The notes beneath the pieces were generated by a model. It was not told the origin of the DNA and did not search any database. It saw nothing but the letters and a program-made list of their open reading frames with translations. Below are positions 1 to 10,908 of a stretch of DNA of 64,000 nt, piece by piece; within the stretch, counting starts at the first letter, position 1; each line of letters opens with the position of its first letter. The position numbers and the translations under genes are program-made. The stretch spans positions 150,479-214,478 of the IMG/VR virus record IMGVR_UViG_3300021400_000025; one strand, given 5' to 3'. The DNA comes from a virus. Taxonomy: Duplodnaviria; Heunggongvirae; Uroviricota; Caudoviricetes.

Positions 1-368
1 GCTTTAGTTTTCTCTATAACTATTTTACTAAAGCCGGTATACTCTAATGCCCCTTCCCCTATAGTCGTCACACTAGATGGAATATGCAATTCAATATTGG
101 GGCCAAAGTAGCTACCAATTGCGCCTGCGCCAATACTTGTCACAGTATTTCCAATCTCAATCTTGGTGAATTCTTTCTGCCATTCGCCCACTCCATTTTG
201 GAATCCGTTAGCCTTAAACCAATCGCTAGTTAGCGTTCCAGAGATGTCATATTCCTCAGTGTTGCCATTGCTCAAAGTGAACCTGGTCTTTGCAGGATCA
301 GGCGTGCTGCCCCCATCAACCGGATTGCCATCCGCGTATAATTGTCTATGTAAATAATAGTTGTGCAT
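1..368 (-). CDS. BspA-like leucine-rich-repeat protein, partial (runs off window start)
   Basis: Translated by hand from ATG at 368: MHNYYL...TRFTLSNGNTEEYDISGTL...KIEIGNTVTSIGAGA...LHIPSSVTTIGEGAL, which is the BspA-type LRR pattern. Not in the ORF track. Confidence 0.7.
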   Translation of the reverse strand, partial: MHNYYLHRQLYADGNPVDGGSTPDPAKTRFTLSNGNTEEYDISGTLTSDWFKANGFQNGVGEWQKEFTKIEIGNTVTSIGAGAIGSYFGPNIELHIPSSVTTIGEGALEYTGFSKIVIEKTK

Positions 369-394
369 CTTTCAAAGAAGGAAATCCACTCATC

Positions 395-1378
395 ATGAAA
401 CTACAGATTCTGGTTCCACAGTACAAGGAGAAGAAGGGCACAATCAAGCCTCTTCTCGATTCCATAGCCCTTCAACAGGGCATTGACTTCAACGATGTTG
501 GGGTCGTCATAGTCAACGATGGCTACCCCAAGTCAAAGCTGACTGACAAGTTCTTGAAGTCCTATCCATTCAAGATTGACTACTACATGGAGGAGCATAG
601 AGGCGTTTCTGGAACCAGGAACTCCTGCCTTGACCACGCAACCGCGGAATATGTCATGTTCTGCGATGCTGACGACATGTTTTTTTCCATGGTGGGATTG
701 AACATCATCTTCGCCGAGATGGACAAGCCAGGTGGGTTCAACTCCCTCACAACGAAGTTCTACGAGGAGGTTCATCGAGATGGCAAGGTCTGGTTCACCG
801 AGCACAAGAAGGACAGGACATTCGTCCATGGCAAGTTCCACAGACGCCAGTATCTCATAGATCTTGGAATCAGGTTCAACGAAGCACTCACTGTCCACGA
901 GGACTCCTATTTCAACTACATGGCGACAACCCTGGCGTCTGACCCGAACACAATCAAGTATTCTGATGTTCCAATCTACCTTTGGAAGTGGCGTGATGAT
1001 TCTGTCTGCCGCCACGACCCACTCTACATGCAGAAGACCTACAAGAACTACCTTGATTCCATCACCGCGCTCATAGAGCAGATGATCAACCGTGGAAAGA
1101 TTGACAACGCGAACATGCTCATCTGCAACCAGATGTTCGATACCTATTATCTGATGGACACGCCATCTTGGCTGAACCAGGACAATCAGGAGTACAGGCT
1201 TGACACGGAGAAGAGGTTCAAGGAGTTCTACGAGAAGTATGGCGATAGGTTCAACAAGCTGGACAATGCGTTCAAGTTGATGGTGTCGAACCAGGTCCGA
1301 GCCAGCAAGATTAAATCTGGCATGGAGATGGAGAAGCAGACCTTTGAGCAGTGGATTGACTACATCAAGGGGCTTTGA
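395..1378 (+). CDS. Glycosyltransferase family 2 (GT-A fold)
   Basis: ILVPQY N-terminal strand, IVNDG, GVSGTRN, FCDADD DxD motif and HEDSYF. Start moved to ATG 395. Confidence 0.85.
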   Translation: MKLQILVPQYKEKKGTIKPLLDSIALQQGIDFNDVGVVIVNDGYPKSKLTDKFLKSYPFKIDYYMEEHRGVSGTRNSCLDHATAEYVMFCDADDMFFSMVGLNIIFAEMDKPGGFNSLTTKFYEEVHRDGKVWFTEHKKDRTFVHGKFHRRQYLIDLGIRFNEALTVHEDSYFNYMATTLASDPNTIKYSDVPIYLWKWRDDSVCRHDPLYMQKTYKNYLDSITALIEQMINRGKIDNANMLICNQMFDTYYLMDTPSWLNQDNQEYRLDTEKRFKEFYEKYGDRFNKLDNAFKLMVSNQVRASKIKSGMEMEKQTFEQWIDYIKGL

Positions 1379-1426
1379 TTGCATCAAGGGGTTGTGAAAG
1401 TATAATATAACGAAGGAGATAATAAC

Positions 1427-1645
1427 ATGTCTGAATCGAGCAAGTCCATAACGATTGGTGGAACAGGGTTCTTCAACCTTTTGTTCCTTGTGTTCCTTGT
1501 ACTCAAGTTGACGAATGTCATCAACTGGAGCTGGTGGTGGGTTACCGCCCCATTGTGGGGGCCTGTTGCCGTGCTGCTTTTGTTGGTGGTTGTGACTGGG
1601 GTGATTTGTGCCATATTTGGAACATCACATCGGGGCATCTACTGA
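1427..1645 (+). CDS. Small membrane protein
   Basis: Two hydrophobic segments around WSWWWVTAPLW; RBS GAAGGAG; upstream TTGCAT-N17-TATAAT at 1379-1407. Confidence 0.7.
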   Translation: MSESSKSITIGGTGFFNLLFLVFLVLKLTNVINWSWWWVTAPLWGPVAVLLLLVVVTGVICAIFGTSHRGIY

Positions 1646-1719
1646 TGGTCTGGCTTGCTGCTGCCTGACATCCTATCCAAGGCACAATCCAAAGAACTGA
1701 AAACACGAGGAGATTCAAC

Positions 1720-2337
1720 ATGAAAGACTTCATATACAACATATGGTCCAGATTCCTGACATGGTTTGGGAAAATCAAGGTGCTTACATTCAACTGCATC
1801 CCTGTCCTTGCACAGGACAAGCCATATTACATAACGGGCTACGACATATTCAGCATGCTCAAGTTCATATAGCCGGGTGATGTCCTCATACGGGGATATG
1901 ACGACTATCTGGATGGAAGGTTCATTCCAGACGAGAAGGGCTATTCCCATGCTGGGATATATGTGGGGGACAACGAGGTGATTCACGCGGTGTCTCCATC
2001 TGTCGAGAGGATCCATCTGGTTGATTTCTGCGTCTCCGACAGGATAATGGTTCTTCGCCCACAAGATGGCGCGTTGGAGGCAATCAACATCGCAGCCAAG
2101 AAACTGGGGGTTCCATATGATTTCAGCTACGACACCGACATTGGGAAGCTCTATTGCTTCGAGTTGATTTCGGTGTGCTATCCACAGGCGCAGATGAAAA
2201 CCCACACGGTCAAGCAGATGTTTGGGTTGATAAGGCGCGACTGCTTCATAGCGAAGTCCATATACGACAATCCGTTCTTCAAGAAAATCTATGAGCGGAA
2301 CGAACGTGGCGTGGTGAGATGTTTTGAGAATGTATAA
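1720..2337 (+). CDS. Permuted papain-like NlpC/P60 (YiiX/YebB-type) protein, one in-frame TAG
   Basis: From ATG 1720 (RBS GAGGAG): ...KFI*PGDVLIRG...YSHAGIYVGD...VIHA...YDF...LYCFELI. The TAG at 1870 sits in the usual xPGD motif. Confidence 0.75.
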
Positions 2338-2359
2338 TTGAGATTGGAGGAACAATACA

Positions 2360-2929
2360 ATGAACGAAGATCAGCAGACAATGACAGAAGAGGAGTGGGA
2401 GGAGGCATATGCGCAGTCCCACATGGAGAGAATGGACGCAATGTACCAGATAATGGATGATGTGTTTGAAGCGCACAAGGATGAGCTGGATAAGTACATC
2501 ATGAACGATGACTTTGAGGGACGTGACAAATTGATTGACCAGATGATTGACGAGATTGTTGAGCAATCTGGCAATTTCATAGGACGTTGTGAAGCGTCTG
2601 AATTCATAGACATGAAGTTGACCCCTGAGATTCCTGCTGCGCCCAACAAAGAACAGGACACCGATGAAATAGAAGCTGAGGCAGATGCATATGAGCAGTC
2701 CCACATGGAGAGATGGGAAGCCCTCAACAGAGTCATGGATGAGGTGTATGAGAGACATCAGGGCGAGTTGGTGGATTCACATGGAGATGCACAAGAGGGA
2801 TTGATTGAGCAAATTGCCGACGAAATGGTTGAGGAATCTGGTGGTATTCTCATGAAGGACGAAGCGCTTGGCTTCATCAGAGCCAAGTTGACCTGTTCAA
2901 GGGATGTGGAGCAGATCGCCAATTCATGA
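2360..2929 (+). CDS. Acidic hypothetical protein with internal repeats
   Basis: Two copies of AYxQSHMER...MDxVxExH...IxQxxDExVExSG; RBS GGAGG. Confidence 0.7.
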   Translation: MNEDQQTMTEEEWEEAYAQSHMERMDAMYQIMDDVFEAHKDELDKYIMNDDFEGRDKLIDQMIDEIVEQSGNFIGRCEASEFIDMKLTPEIPAAPNKEQDTDEIEAEADAYEQSHMERWEALNRVMDEVYERHQGELVDSHGDAQEGLIEQIADEMVEESGGILMKDEALGFIRAKLTCSRDVEQIANS

Positions 2930-3012
2930 GACCATAACTGCTTCAGGAAACATATTGTCGCATGAAGAGATTGTCTCTTTCATCAAGGACAAACTGGAAG
3001 GACATTGATACA

Positions 3013-4215
3013 ATGGGTGTTGTAAAGAAGAACAATGTGTTCTACATAACGCCCAATCCAACAAGAAAGGGATTGGGCGTTGCCTTTTTGCATAATAAAA
3101 ATGAAGACAATAATACATAGATCCATGTTGACAACGAATCTGTTTCAAATATAGACAAAGAGATTCCATTGCAAATACCACTTGGAAATAAACCATCAAT
3201 TGACAACACATTCATTGAGCGCAATCTGATTTTCGTGTGGATAGGGGACAAACTGCCTGTGTACGCCAAGAACTGCATGGATGCATATCGCAAGATGAAT
3301 CCTGAATTCAGCATAATACTCAAATGGCACACAGTGAGGGATGTGGAGCATCCAAAGGATGTCTTGTTGAAGAAGGCTGTTGATTCAATCCTGGAGGTCA
3401 AGGATGGAATTCGGAACAGACACTACGACTTCATCAAGCGGTATCTGGACGAGGGAAGGAAGTTCTGCCAGGTTGTGGCGAATCTTCTGAGGTTCATGGT
3501 GTTGGAGGAAATGGGTGGAATCTATCTGGACATGGATACGTTGCCCATGAGACCATTTGACGATGAACTTCTTGCGAGTGGGTCGTTCAATTCAATCTGC
3601 TCTGGGTGGAGGGACATGGAGATGTGGAACAAGACCCATAGGGATGGAAAGGAACTCTACCACAAGACCTGGGATGAAAGCACATGTAAGTTCTTTAAGT
3701 TTTCAGACATCTTCATGATAGGACATGCCAAAAATGGTCCTGACTTCAAATATGCGAAATACGCCCGAATCCAGAACAACTTCGACACAGGGATGTATCT
3801 TCGCAACCATTTTCTACATGATCCAAAGTTCCTTGAGATGCGGGAATCGTTCCTGAAGGGCGACTTGAAGGAATGTCCATATGACGGTTCTGGAAAGTAC
3901 ATACAGCACTTCTTCGATGGGACTTGGATTAAGTCAGATGTGTATGGGATCAGAACCCCAAGATGCAAGTACGACCTGCAGGAGACACTGGAGATTCCAA
4001 GATGGTTGGAGAAGCAGACGAAGACCGAGTACATAGACAATGGCGTGGTGTCATATCTGACGAAGAGCGCTGAGTTCATACCACATCCATCCGAGGATGT
4101 CCTCAAGATATTTGGGACGACGAAATTCACCGACGACGAGAGCAAGATGGCAGATGAAATGAACATGAAGATGCATCGCGCCATTCAGAAGATATGGGAG
4201 GGCATAGAGGCATGA
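3013..4215 (+). CDS. Glycosyltransferase, GT32/DXD sugar-binding type (probable in-frame TAG at 3118; start uncertain)
   Basis: FVWIG...CMDAYRKMNPEF, LRFMVLEEMGGIYLDMD. The frame is open from ATG 3013 apart from TAG 3118. Confidence 0.65.
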
Positions 4216-4976
4216 TTACATTCAAGTCAAGGGAAGGGAGACTTGGGGAGTTGATGCATCTCATATATGGGTTGTTCTACTTCTGCATACGGAACGATGT
4301 TCCATTGGAGGGCATTGTCATAGACAAGGACTATTCTGGAAAGGCGTATGATTCCGAGGAAAGGGACTATGTGATACGGGACAACTGGCCCATATTCTCC
4401 AACATACAGAGCAACATCATTGAGTGTGGGAATTTCCAGAAGTTCCTTGACGAAAACCATTTCCAGGAACTCTCCAATGGCTATGGCATATACCAGAAGC
4501 CAATCAAGGTGGATTTGGGGAAGAACCACATTCTGGCCGACTATTGGCATTTTCCATACAACAGAAAGCTGTTCCACGCCTTGTTCCGAGTCCCAAGATT
4601 GGTTGAGGCGTTGCGGGAAAGGAACATGGACATTGATTTCAACAACGCATGCTCATGCCACATCAGACGGGGAGACTTCAAGTTCATAGAGTCCAATCCA
4701 GAATTGTTGATGAAATACCATGACAAGAAGCCACCTACAGCGAAGATGGTTCAGGACAAGATGATAGAAGTGTGGATGAAGAATCCAAGCACCCAGATTC
4801 TGGTTTTCTCGGACGATATGGACTGGTGCAAGGAGAATCTTGCCACCAAGAAGGTTGTGTTCATGGAGGGCAACTTGCCATATGAGGACATCAACTTGAT
4901 AGGCATGTGCAAGGAGCATCTGTCGTTCAACTCCAGCTATTTCAACTATGTGGGCATGATGTTGGGAGGAGATTGA
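4212..4976 (+). CDS. Alpha-1,2-fucosyltransferase-like (GT11)
   Basis: GRLGE N-terminal motif, HIRRGD, VFSDDMDWC, NSSYF. ATGA overlap with the previous gene. Confidence 0.7.
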   Translation: MITFKSREGRLGELMHLIYGLFYFCIRNDVPLEGIVIDKDYSGKAYDSEERDYVIRDNWPIFSNIQSNIIECGNFQKFLDENHFQELSNGYGIYQKPIKVDLGKNHILADYWHFPYNRKLFHALFRVPRLVEALRERNMDIDFNNACSCHIRRGDFKFIESNPELLMKYHDKKPPTAKMVQDKMIEVWMKNPSTQILVFSDDMDWCKENLATKKVVFMEGNLPYEDINLIGMCKEHLSFNSSYFNYVGMMLGGD

Positions 4977-5776
4977 TGAACATTAATCTATATCAACGTG
5001 GTAGGTTGTGCAATCAACTGTTGGGAAGGATGTTTTTGCTGTATGTGTGCAAAAAGCATGGCTTGGACTTCAACATAGTCAGCTTTCATCCATCAAGATA
5101 TGTTCAGGAACGAGATGGGTTCTATGGTAAATTCTTGAAATACGAGAGAATTGTATCAGATGGCGACTATGTTGATTTGTCTGACGTGGATGGAGTGACA
5201 ATCACAGGAAAGGGTGGACAATTCCCCCATTTGAAATATGAGGTTGGTGTGGATGAAACAATCGTTCGGACAATCCAAGAACATGGTTTAAGCATTGGGA
5301 AGAAATGCCCCTCGTTCATTTTCCCCACATTGGACTTCATGTTGGATGTGGATGGTGGTCAACTGTTTTTGGACATGGTTGACAACACCAACATCGTGTC
5401 CAGAATGTTGGAAAGGTATCCAAGCATAGAGCAGGGAGCCATTGGATTGCACTTCCGAAGGACAGATATGATAATGAACAATGTTGAGCAATCCAACAAT
5501 GAGCAGATGGGCATATTCAAAAAACATGATGGTTCAAACGAAGATCGTACATTCCTCATCTTCTCAGAGGATATTGCGTGGTGCAAGAAGAACATGCGGT
5601 CAAGCAGAAACAAGGTTATGTTTGTTGAAGGGAACAGGGATTATGAGGATTTCATCGCGTTGAGTTTGTGCGACAACATTTCCCAAGAGCCATTCAATTT
5701 CAAACACGCATCCACATTCACATAGGCTGCTGCATGTTTGAATTTCATCAGGAAGAGAGGAAGGCACATTACATGA
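4976..5776 (+). CDS. Second GT11-like glycosyltransferase, one in-frame TAG
   Basis: GRLCNQ, HFRRTD, IFSEDIAWC, STFT*AAACLN. Readthrough of TAG 5723 ends at TGA 5774-5776, overlapping the next ATG (ATGA). Confidence 0.7.
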
Positions 5777-5973
5777 AAACATATAAAGTGACATTGAAGG
5801 GTGGCATGTACAATCCAGGCGCAGGATTGGACGACGACACCACATATGAATGGGTTGAGGCTGACAATGAAGACGAGGCGTGGAAAATCGCACAGGACAA
5901 GTTCATGCAGGAGTATTTCCACCACATGGACGGTCAGGGACGTGTGGTTGTGGATGTTCGCGAGGATAATTGA
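5773..5973 (+). CDS. Hypothetical protein
   Basis: ATGA-coupled start, MKTYKVTLKGG...VEADNEDEAWKIA. Confidence 0.6.
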   Translation: MKTYKVTLKGGMYNPGAGLDDDTTYEWVEADNEDEAWKIAQDKFMQEYFHHMDGQGRVVVDVREDN

Positions 5974-6003
5974 CGTTTTTCAAGAAAGGATGGATGTTCA
6001 ACT

Positions 6004-6801
6004 ATGAAAACAGCATTGGTTGCAGTCGCAAAGGATGAAGATCACTACATAGATGAGTGGGTTGAGTATCATCAGAAAATTGGATTTGACGATGTATACA
6101 TCTATGGGGACGAGTGGGAGTTGCCTGAGCCTACTCGTTCAAGGAAAGGCGTGTTCTTTGAGAACTGGGAGCGGAAAAAACCAGATGCTGTGGTCAAGAA
6201 CCCCCAGGTGGGTTGCTATCGTGATTTCTGCAAGAAGCATTGGAAAGAGTATGATTGGGCCGCGTTCTTCGACGTAGACGAGTTTTTGTTCATCAAGGAG
6301 ACGAACAATGAATTGAAGCCTTTCTTGGAGAAGCATGGAGATTGTCCAGGTGTGTTCATTCAATGGTTGATGTTTGGCAGCAACAACTTGCAGGAAGTGG
6401 TTGATGGGGATTGGTCAGTCATTGAACGATTTGTTCAATCGGATGATGAATTGCATCCGACGGGGAAGACGATGGTCAATTTCAGTGTGATGAAGAACGA
6501 TTTTCTGATGCATTGCCATAATATAGAGAAAACCGATAAATTCAAGGTACAAGACTTGTTCGGAAATGAAGTGGAAGGGGTGGATAACAAGTCAGATTTT
6601 GATCGACATAATCTGAACATGGCGTATCTTGCACATTATAGGACAAAATCCCATCAAGAATTCTTGGAGAAGGTGAAAAGAAATCTGGATGGTTATGGCG
6701 ACAAGGATTGGACAATCCATGAAAAGGACTTCAAGGATTGTGACAAAAACGAAATTCTCAATTTGGACTTACGATATTACATTAATTCATTAAACACATA
6801 A
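6004..6801 (+). CDS. Glycosyltransferase (GT92/GT2-like)
   Basis: AKDEDHYIDEWVEYHQKIGFDDVYIY, WAAFFDVDEF, WLMFG, LAHYRTKS. Confidence 0.7.
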   Translation: MKTALVAVAKDEDHYIDEWVEYHQKIGFDDVYIYGDEWELPEPTRSRKGVFFENWERKKPDAVVKNPQVGCYRDFCKKHWKEYDWAAFFDVDEFLFIKETNNELKPFLEKHGDCPGVFIQWLMFGSNNLQEVVDGDWSVIERFVQSDDELHPTGKTMVNFSVMKNDFLMHCHNIEKTDKFKVQDLFGNEVEGVDNKSDFDRHNLNMAYLAHYRTKSHQEFLEKVKRNLDGYGDKDWTIHEKDFKDCDKNEILNLDLRYYINSLNT

Positions 6802-6817
6802 AAGTAGGTTGTAATCT

Positions 6818-7744
6818 ATGAAAAGAAACAAATGTTTGAGCATGAGCCTTTACGGCGAGAAAGTATGGTACTATCTTCCGCTGTTGTTTAACATGGATTT
6901 GATAAACAAGTCTGGATTTGACTATGACATCGTAATCCGCGCGGAAAGAAAAAGCAAGGAGATGCTTGGCCACATCTTGGAGCAAGAAGATGTGCATTTC
7001 AATAACGATTTGGTGATGGTGGATATGGATAGACCATCTACTCTTTCGCGCGGATAGTTCTGGAGATACCACGAGATACTTCTTGACAGATATGACTATG
7101 TGATGGTTCAAGATGTTGACAACCTTTTGACCAATGCTGATTGGGATGTGATGGATCAATTCATACAATCAGGTAAGACAATTGGCACATTCAAGTATCT
7201 GAGTTGCAACGGTTCTTTGCTTGATGGTGGGAGGTTGTTTTTCAATAGAAAGCAGATGGACGATGATTTCTTGCGAAGATTTGGGCATATTTGTCAATTG
7301 ATAGACAAGGAAGATGTTGTCAACTACGGCTTTGATCAAGATATGACGCAAGAAGTGTTGAAACCATACATGAAATCAGGTGACTTTGTGTTGTATGAGG
7401 CGTATAGAAACAACCGTTGGATTAAATACAACAATGAAGAGCAAATAGAAAAACGCATGGCTGACGCCCGGTAGAATTATGTTGATATAGTGGATCTAAA
7501 CAACTATGAGTTCAAGAAAGTGGCATATAAGAATGGATGGTACTTCAATGACTTTTTCAAGGGATTGAAGAACTTTGACTTTGACAGTCAAACATATGTC
7601 CTTGATGGCGTGAAATATGAGAGAAATCACGACTATTCAGGAACCCGCACTAGCAATCCATGGGTGGAAAACAAGCAACTTGTTGCCAAGATGAAAAACG
7701 AGTTTGACAAATGCATCAATTCTGTGACGTCTATGCGATGCTAA
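6818..7744 (+). CDS. Putative glycosyltransferase-like protein, two in-frame TAG
   Basis: Joins ORFs 6818, 7100 and 7490 in one frame through TAG 7055 and 7472: SMSLYG...RG*FWRY...YVMVQDVD...FDQD. Confidence 0.65.
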
Positions 7745-7767
7745 AGAATGTTTTGCTACGCAAAACG

Positions 7768-7805
7768 AACATCGCATCTATCTCGGCATGAATTCTGTAT
7801 AATTG
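7768..7805 (+). promoter_or_regulatory. Promoter with 23-nt upstream box (copy 1)
   Basis: AACATCGCATCTATCTCGGCATG, then TATAAT at 7798-7803. A near-identical copy lies at 45557. Confidence 0.6.
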
Positions 7806-7827
7806 AACACAAGGTGGTAATGCGATT

Positions 7828-9270
7828 ATGACAGAGGAAGTCCAGAAGAAGATTGAAAATGCAACAACCTTGCTTGAGAAAATCAAGGTTCTGTTGAACG
7901 AAGCCCATGAACCAGAGGTAATGTACAACAAGTTGCCTGACCCGGAAGAGACAATCGAGGACATTGCGCTGATACAGTGCTTCTATGGCACTGACATTTC
8001 CAGGATACGCGCCACGACCCAGGCTCTTGAGTTCAACCTTCAGATGACTGTGAAGCCATCGACATGGGTTTTCGTGGAGTGCCAGAGGAAGAAGTCCGAC
8101 TGCGCGTTCCAGTGGTTGAAGAGATATGGCGTAAAGCATGTGTTCGTCCAGATGAAGCCTGAGAACGATGGTATCATGTTGAAGCATCCTCTGTGGAACA
8201 TTGGAGCCGACAATTGCGTTGAATCCAGATTGTGCTTCGTTGATTCTGATGTCGTGATGTGCAGCTCCGACTGGATGAAGAAGGCGGCGACCAAGTTTGA
8301 TTCACATGATGTTCTTTCCCTCGCCTCGCACCAATATTATCAGGCCGACGATAAGTGTCTACTGCTTGAAACAATTGGCTACAAGTGGATATCCACTGGG
8401 AAGATTGACAAGGGGCATGTTGGATTCACCATTGGGATGAGGAGAAAGGTTTTTAACATGATTGGCAGACTGGATCCTGCGATAATCCTTGACGACATAC
8501 ATCTGTACCACAAGATTCTTGGGGACGATATGTTCAAGTCCTTTGAGAATTGGTACAAGCCATTTGACCTTCCATCTGACAAGAAGTTCGGCTACAATGT
8601 TGAACTTGGATATGTTGACAACATAGCCTGCCATGTCTGGCATGGGGATGCGCAGTCAAAATACGACGATTTGACGAAGTTGATGGTTGCGTCTGGGGTG
8701 AAGTCAATGTCTGACATGTTCACCTATTCAAGGGGCGATGAACTTCCTGAATGGAAAACCGGCACAGCAGAGGGCATGGCGTTGAGCAGAACCATTCTCA
8801 AGTACCACGAATATGTGAAGAAGAACGAGTTGGTGGAGGACAAGAAGCCATTTGACATAGTTGGTGAATACAAGGCGGAAATGAAGCGTCTACTTGGTGA
8901 GCCTGACGAGAAGCATCCATTGATTGCTTGCACGGTGGTCAAGGACAGATTTGGATTGAAACTTGAGGATTTCACGAAGTTCAAGGATCTGGTTGAAGCC
9001 AAGTTCGCGTTCGCAAAGGTTCAACCCACAATCATGTTCTTCACCGACTGCAAGAAGTATGATTTCGAGGATGAAGGGTTGGATGTTGTGCCATTGAAGA
9101 ACTACAATCCAGACGATGAACAGGCGCAATGCCACAGGAAGGATGTGAAGTTCCCCAAGAACGCCATCATATACTACATTCCGATGGGCGTTGAGGACTT
9201 TGACAACGACCTGTGGATTCCATCTGAGCCAATATGTGGTTCGAATGGCACATTGTTGTTCGCGTGTTGA
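7828..9270 (+). CDS. Putative GT-A fold glycosyltransferase
   Basis: KHPLWNIGA, LCFVDSDV DxD-like motif, HVWHGD. Confidence 0.5.
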   Translation: MTEEVQKKIENATTLLEKIKVLLNEAHEPEVMYNKLPDPEETIEDIALIQCFYGTDISRIRATTQALEFNLQMTVKPSTWVFVECQRKKSDCAFQWLKRYGVKHVFVQMKPENDGIMLKHPLWNIGADNCVESRLCFVDSDVVMCSSDWMKKAATKFDSHDVLSLASHQYYQADDKCLLLETIGYKWISTGKIDKGHVGFTIGMRRKVFNMIGRLDPAIILDDIHLYHKILGDDMFKSFENWYKPFDLPSDKKFGYNVELGYVDNIACHVWHGDAQSKYDDLTKLMVASGVKSMSDMFTYSRGDELPEWKTGTAEGMALSRTILKYHEYVKKNELVEDKKPFDIVGEYKAEMKRLLGEPDEKHPLIACTVVKDRFGLKLEDFTKFKDLVEAKFAFAKVQPTIMFFTDCKKYDFEDEGLDVVPLKNYNPDDEQAQCHRKDVKFPKNAIIYYIPMGVEDFDNDLWIPSEPICGSNGTLLFAC

Positions 9271-9527
9271 TTATTGTAAATACACTTTGCGATGAAAAGA
9301 TTCTACCTTAAGATATTGCGGCTCTTCGGATACAAGCCATCTGGAGGGGGAGACAGTCCCTATGGCACATGAACTAATCACATCGCTTGTCGCCTTGGAC
9401 ATTCTGTTTCTCCTTACTGGAATGCCCAGTGTATCTGGATGGATATTGGACAAACTGGGTCTTTGATTTGCCATTTCTCATCAATTTTTGTAAATACCCA
9501 TGAGGTTTCATAAGAAGAAACAACATC

Positions 9528-10079
9528 ATGGGCGATTTCTATCTTAAAATATTGAAGTTATTCACATCCAGTGTGAGTGTGGGGGATGATCTGCCAGACA
9601 TTCCAGAGCCTCCACCAACACCCTATGTGCCGCCTCGGACCAAGAATGTGGAATTGGCTGAACCTGAGATTGTGGATTTGATTCGCGCAAAGTTCGAGTT
9701 CGCCGACGATGATCTCAACGCCATCCCATAGAATGACTTCGAGAATGAGATTGTCAAAGCCAGACTGTTCATTGCGCAACATCCCACGCCTGCGAAGATA
9801 TTGAGCCTCATTGCCGCCAAGATCTTCACCAGAAAAACCATGTCCCCACAGGATCAGGGGTTCTTCGACGCCCACATGGTGGAGGCATTGAGGGAGATGG
9901 GATGGGTTGTGATGACTGACGACCAGGGGAACATCCTTCGTCTGACGCCACCTGCCAACGAAGCCCATATGTGGTCCATCACGAACAATGTGTGGAAAGA
10001 TCGGAGTGGCAACACCTTGGATTTCCATGTAATGAGGCATCTAAAGCTGAAATACAACTGGAAGAAGTCATCCACGTGA
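9528..10079 (+). CDS. Hypothetical protein, one in-frame TAG
   Basis: ORFs 9528 and 9801 are joined in frame through TAG 9729; TGTAAATA upstream at 9489. Confidence 0.65.
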
Positions 10080-10221
10080 TGAAGTCATCCACATGATGGA
10101 GATTTTTCAACGGAGAATATAGAAAATGGGACAAATTGTAATAGGAACACTTAAGACAACCAAATTGACAATCATTCCAAAGCCCAATCCATATCTTGAG
10201 CCTTGAGAAAGGAGATTGAAT

Positions 10222-10857
10222 GTGACGAACTATTTTTACATATCAGACATCCATTTTGGGTATCAGACAGACACCAATCCAATCAGACGAACATAGTATC
10301 AATTGACCTTCTCCCACTACAAGTTGAATGGACCGAAGGACTATGACAACAGGATGACCAACAACTGGAACGCCATAGTGAAGCCGGATGATCATGTTTT
10401 CATATTGGGGGACATCTCCTGCTATGACACGAAGACAACAGTGAATCTGTTGAAGAACCTGAAGGGGCAGAAGCACTTGATATTGGGGAACCATGACTAC
10501 CAATTCCTGCATGACAACGATTTCAGAGATCAGTTCGTGGAGATCAAGAACTACAAGGAGCAGAACATTGGGGATGGGGTCAGATTGGTTCTGACGCATT
10601 ACCCATTCTACACTTGGAATGGGAGATACAAGGGCAATCCGATGTTCTACGGCCATGTCCACAACTCATGGGAGTATGATTCGTTCAAGCAAGGGCAGGA
10701 GGCGCTGTACAAGTCATAGAACGAGAACTACCCATTGAACTCTCTGAATGTGGGCAGCATGATGCCTTGGATGGACATGACCCCAAGAAGCTTCCAGTTC
10801 TGCATGAACGAAATGCACAACCAGCAGATGGAAACCACAAGGAAGTTCAGAATCTAA
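10222..10857 (+). CDS. Calcineurin-like metallophosphoesterase, two in-frame TAG
   Basis: GTG 10222 after GAAAGGAG. SDIHFG lies upstream of TAG 10294, then LGDIS, GNHD, THYP, GHVH; NVGSMMPWM lies downstream of TAG 10717. Confidence 0.85.
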
Positions 10858-10908
10858 TTTACATCGGAATTTGATTTACGTTGGGATGGATTAAGGCGTA
10901 TAATTGAC

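Noticed and set aside
1639-2355. Long minus-strand ORF in the track (and similar antisense ORFs such as 533-1387, 24399-25010 and 56172-57446)
   Set aside because: They are shadows of motif-bearing genes on the opposite strand, with no RBS or recognisable motifs.
10062-10097. Direct repeat GAAGTCATCCAC(G/A)TGAT x2
   Set aside because: A single short tandem duplication at a gene end; no array and no associated genes.
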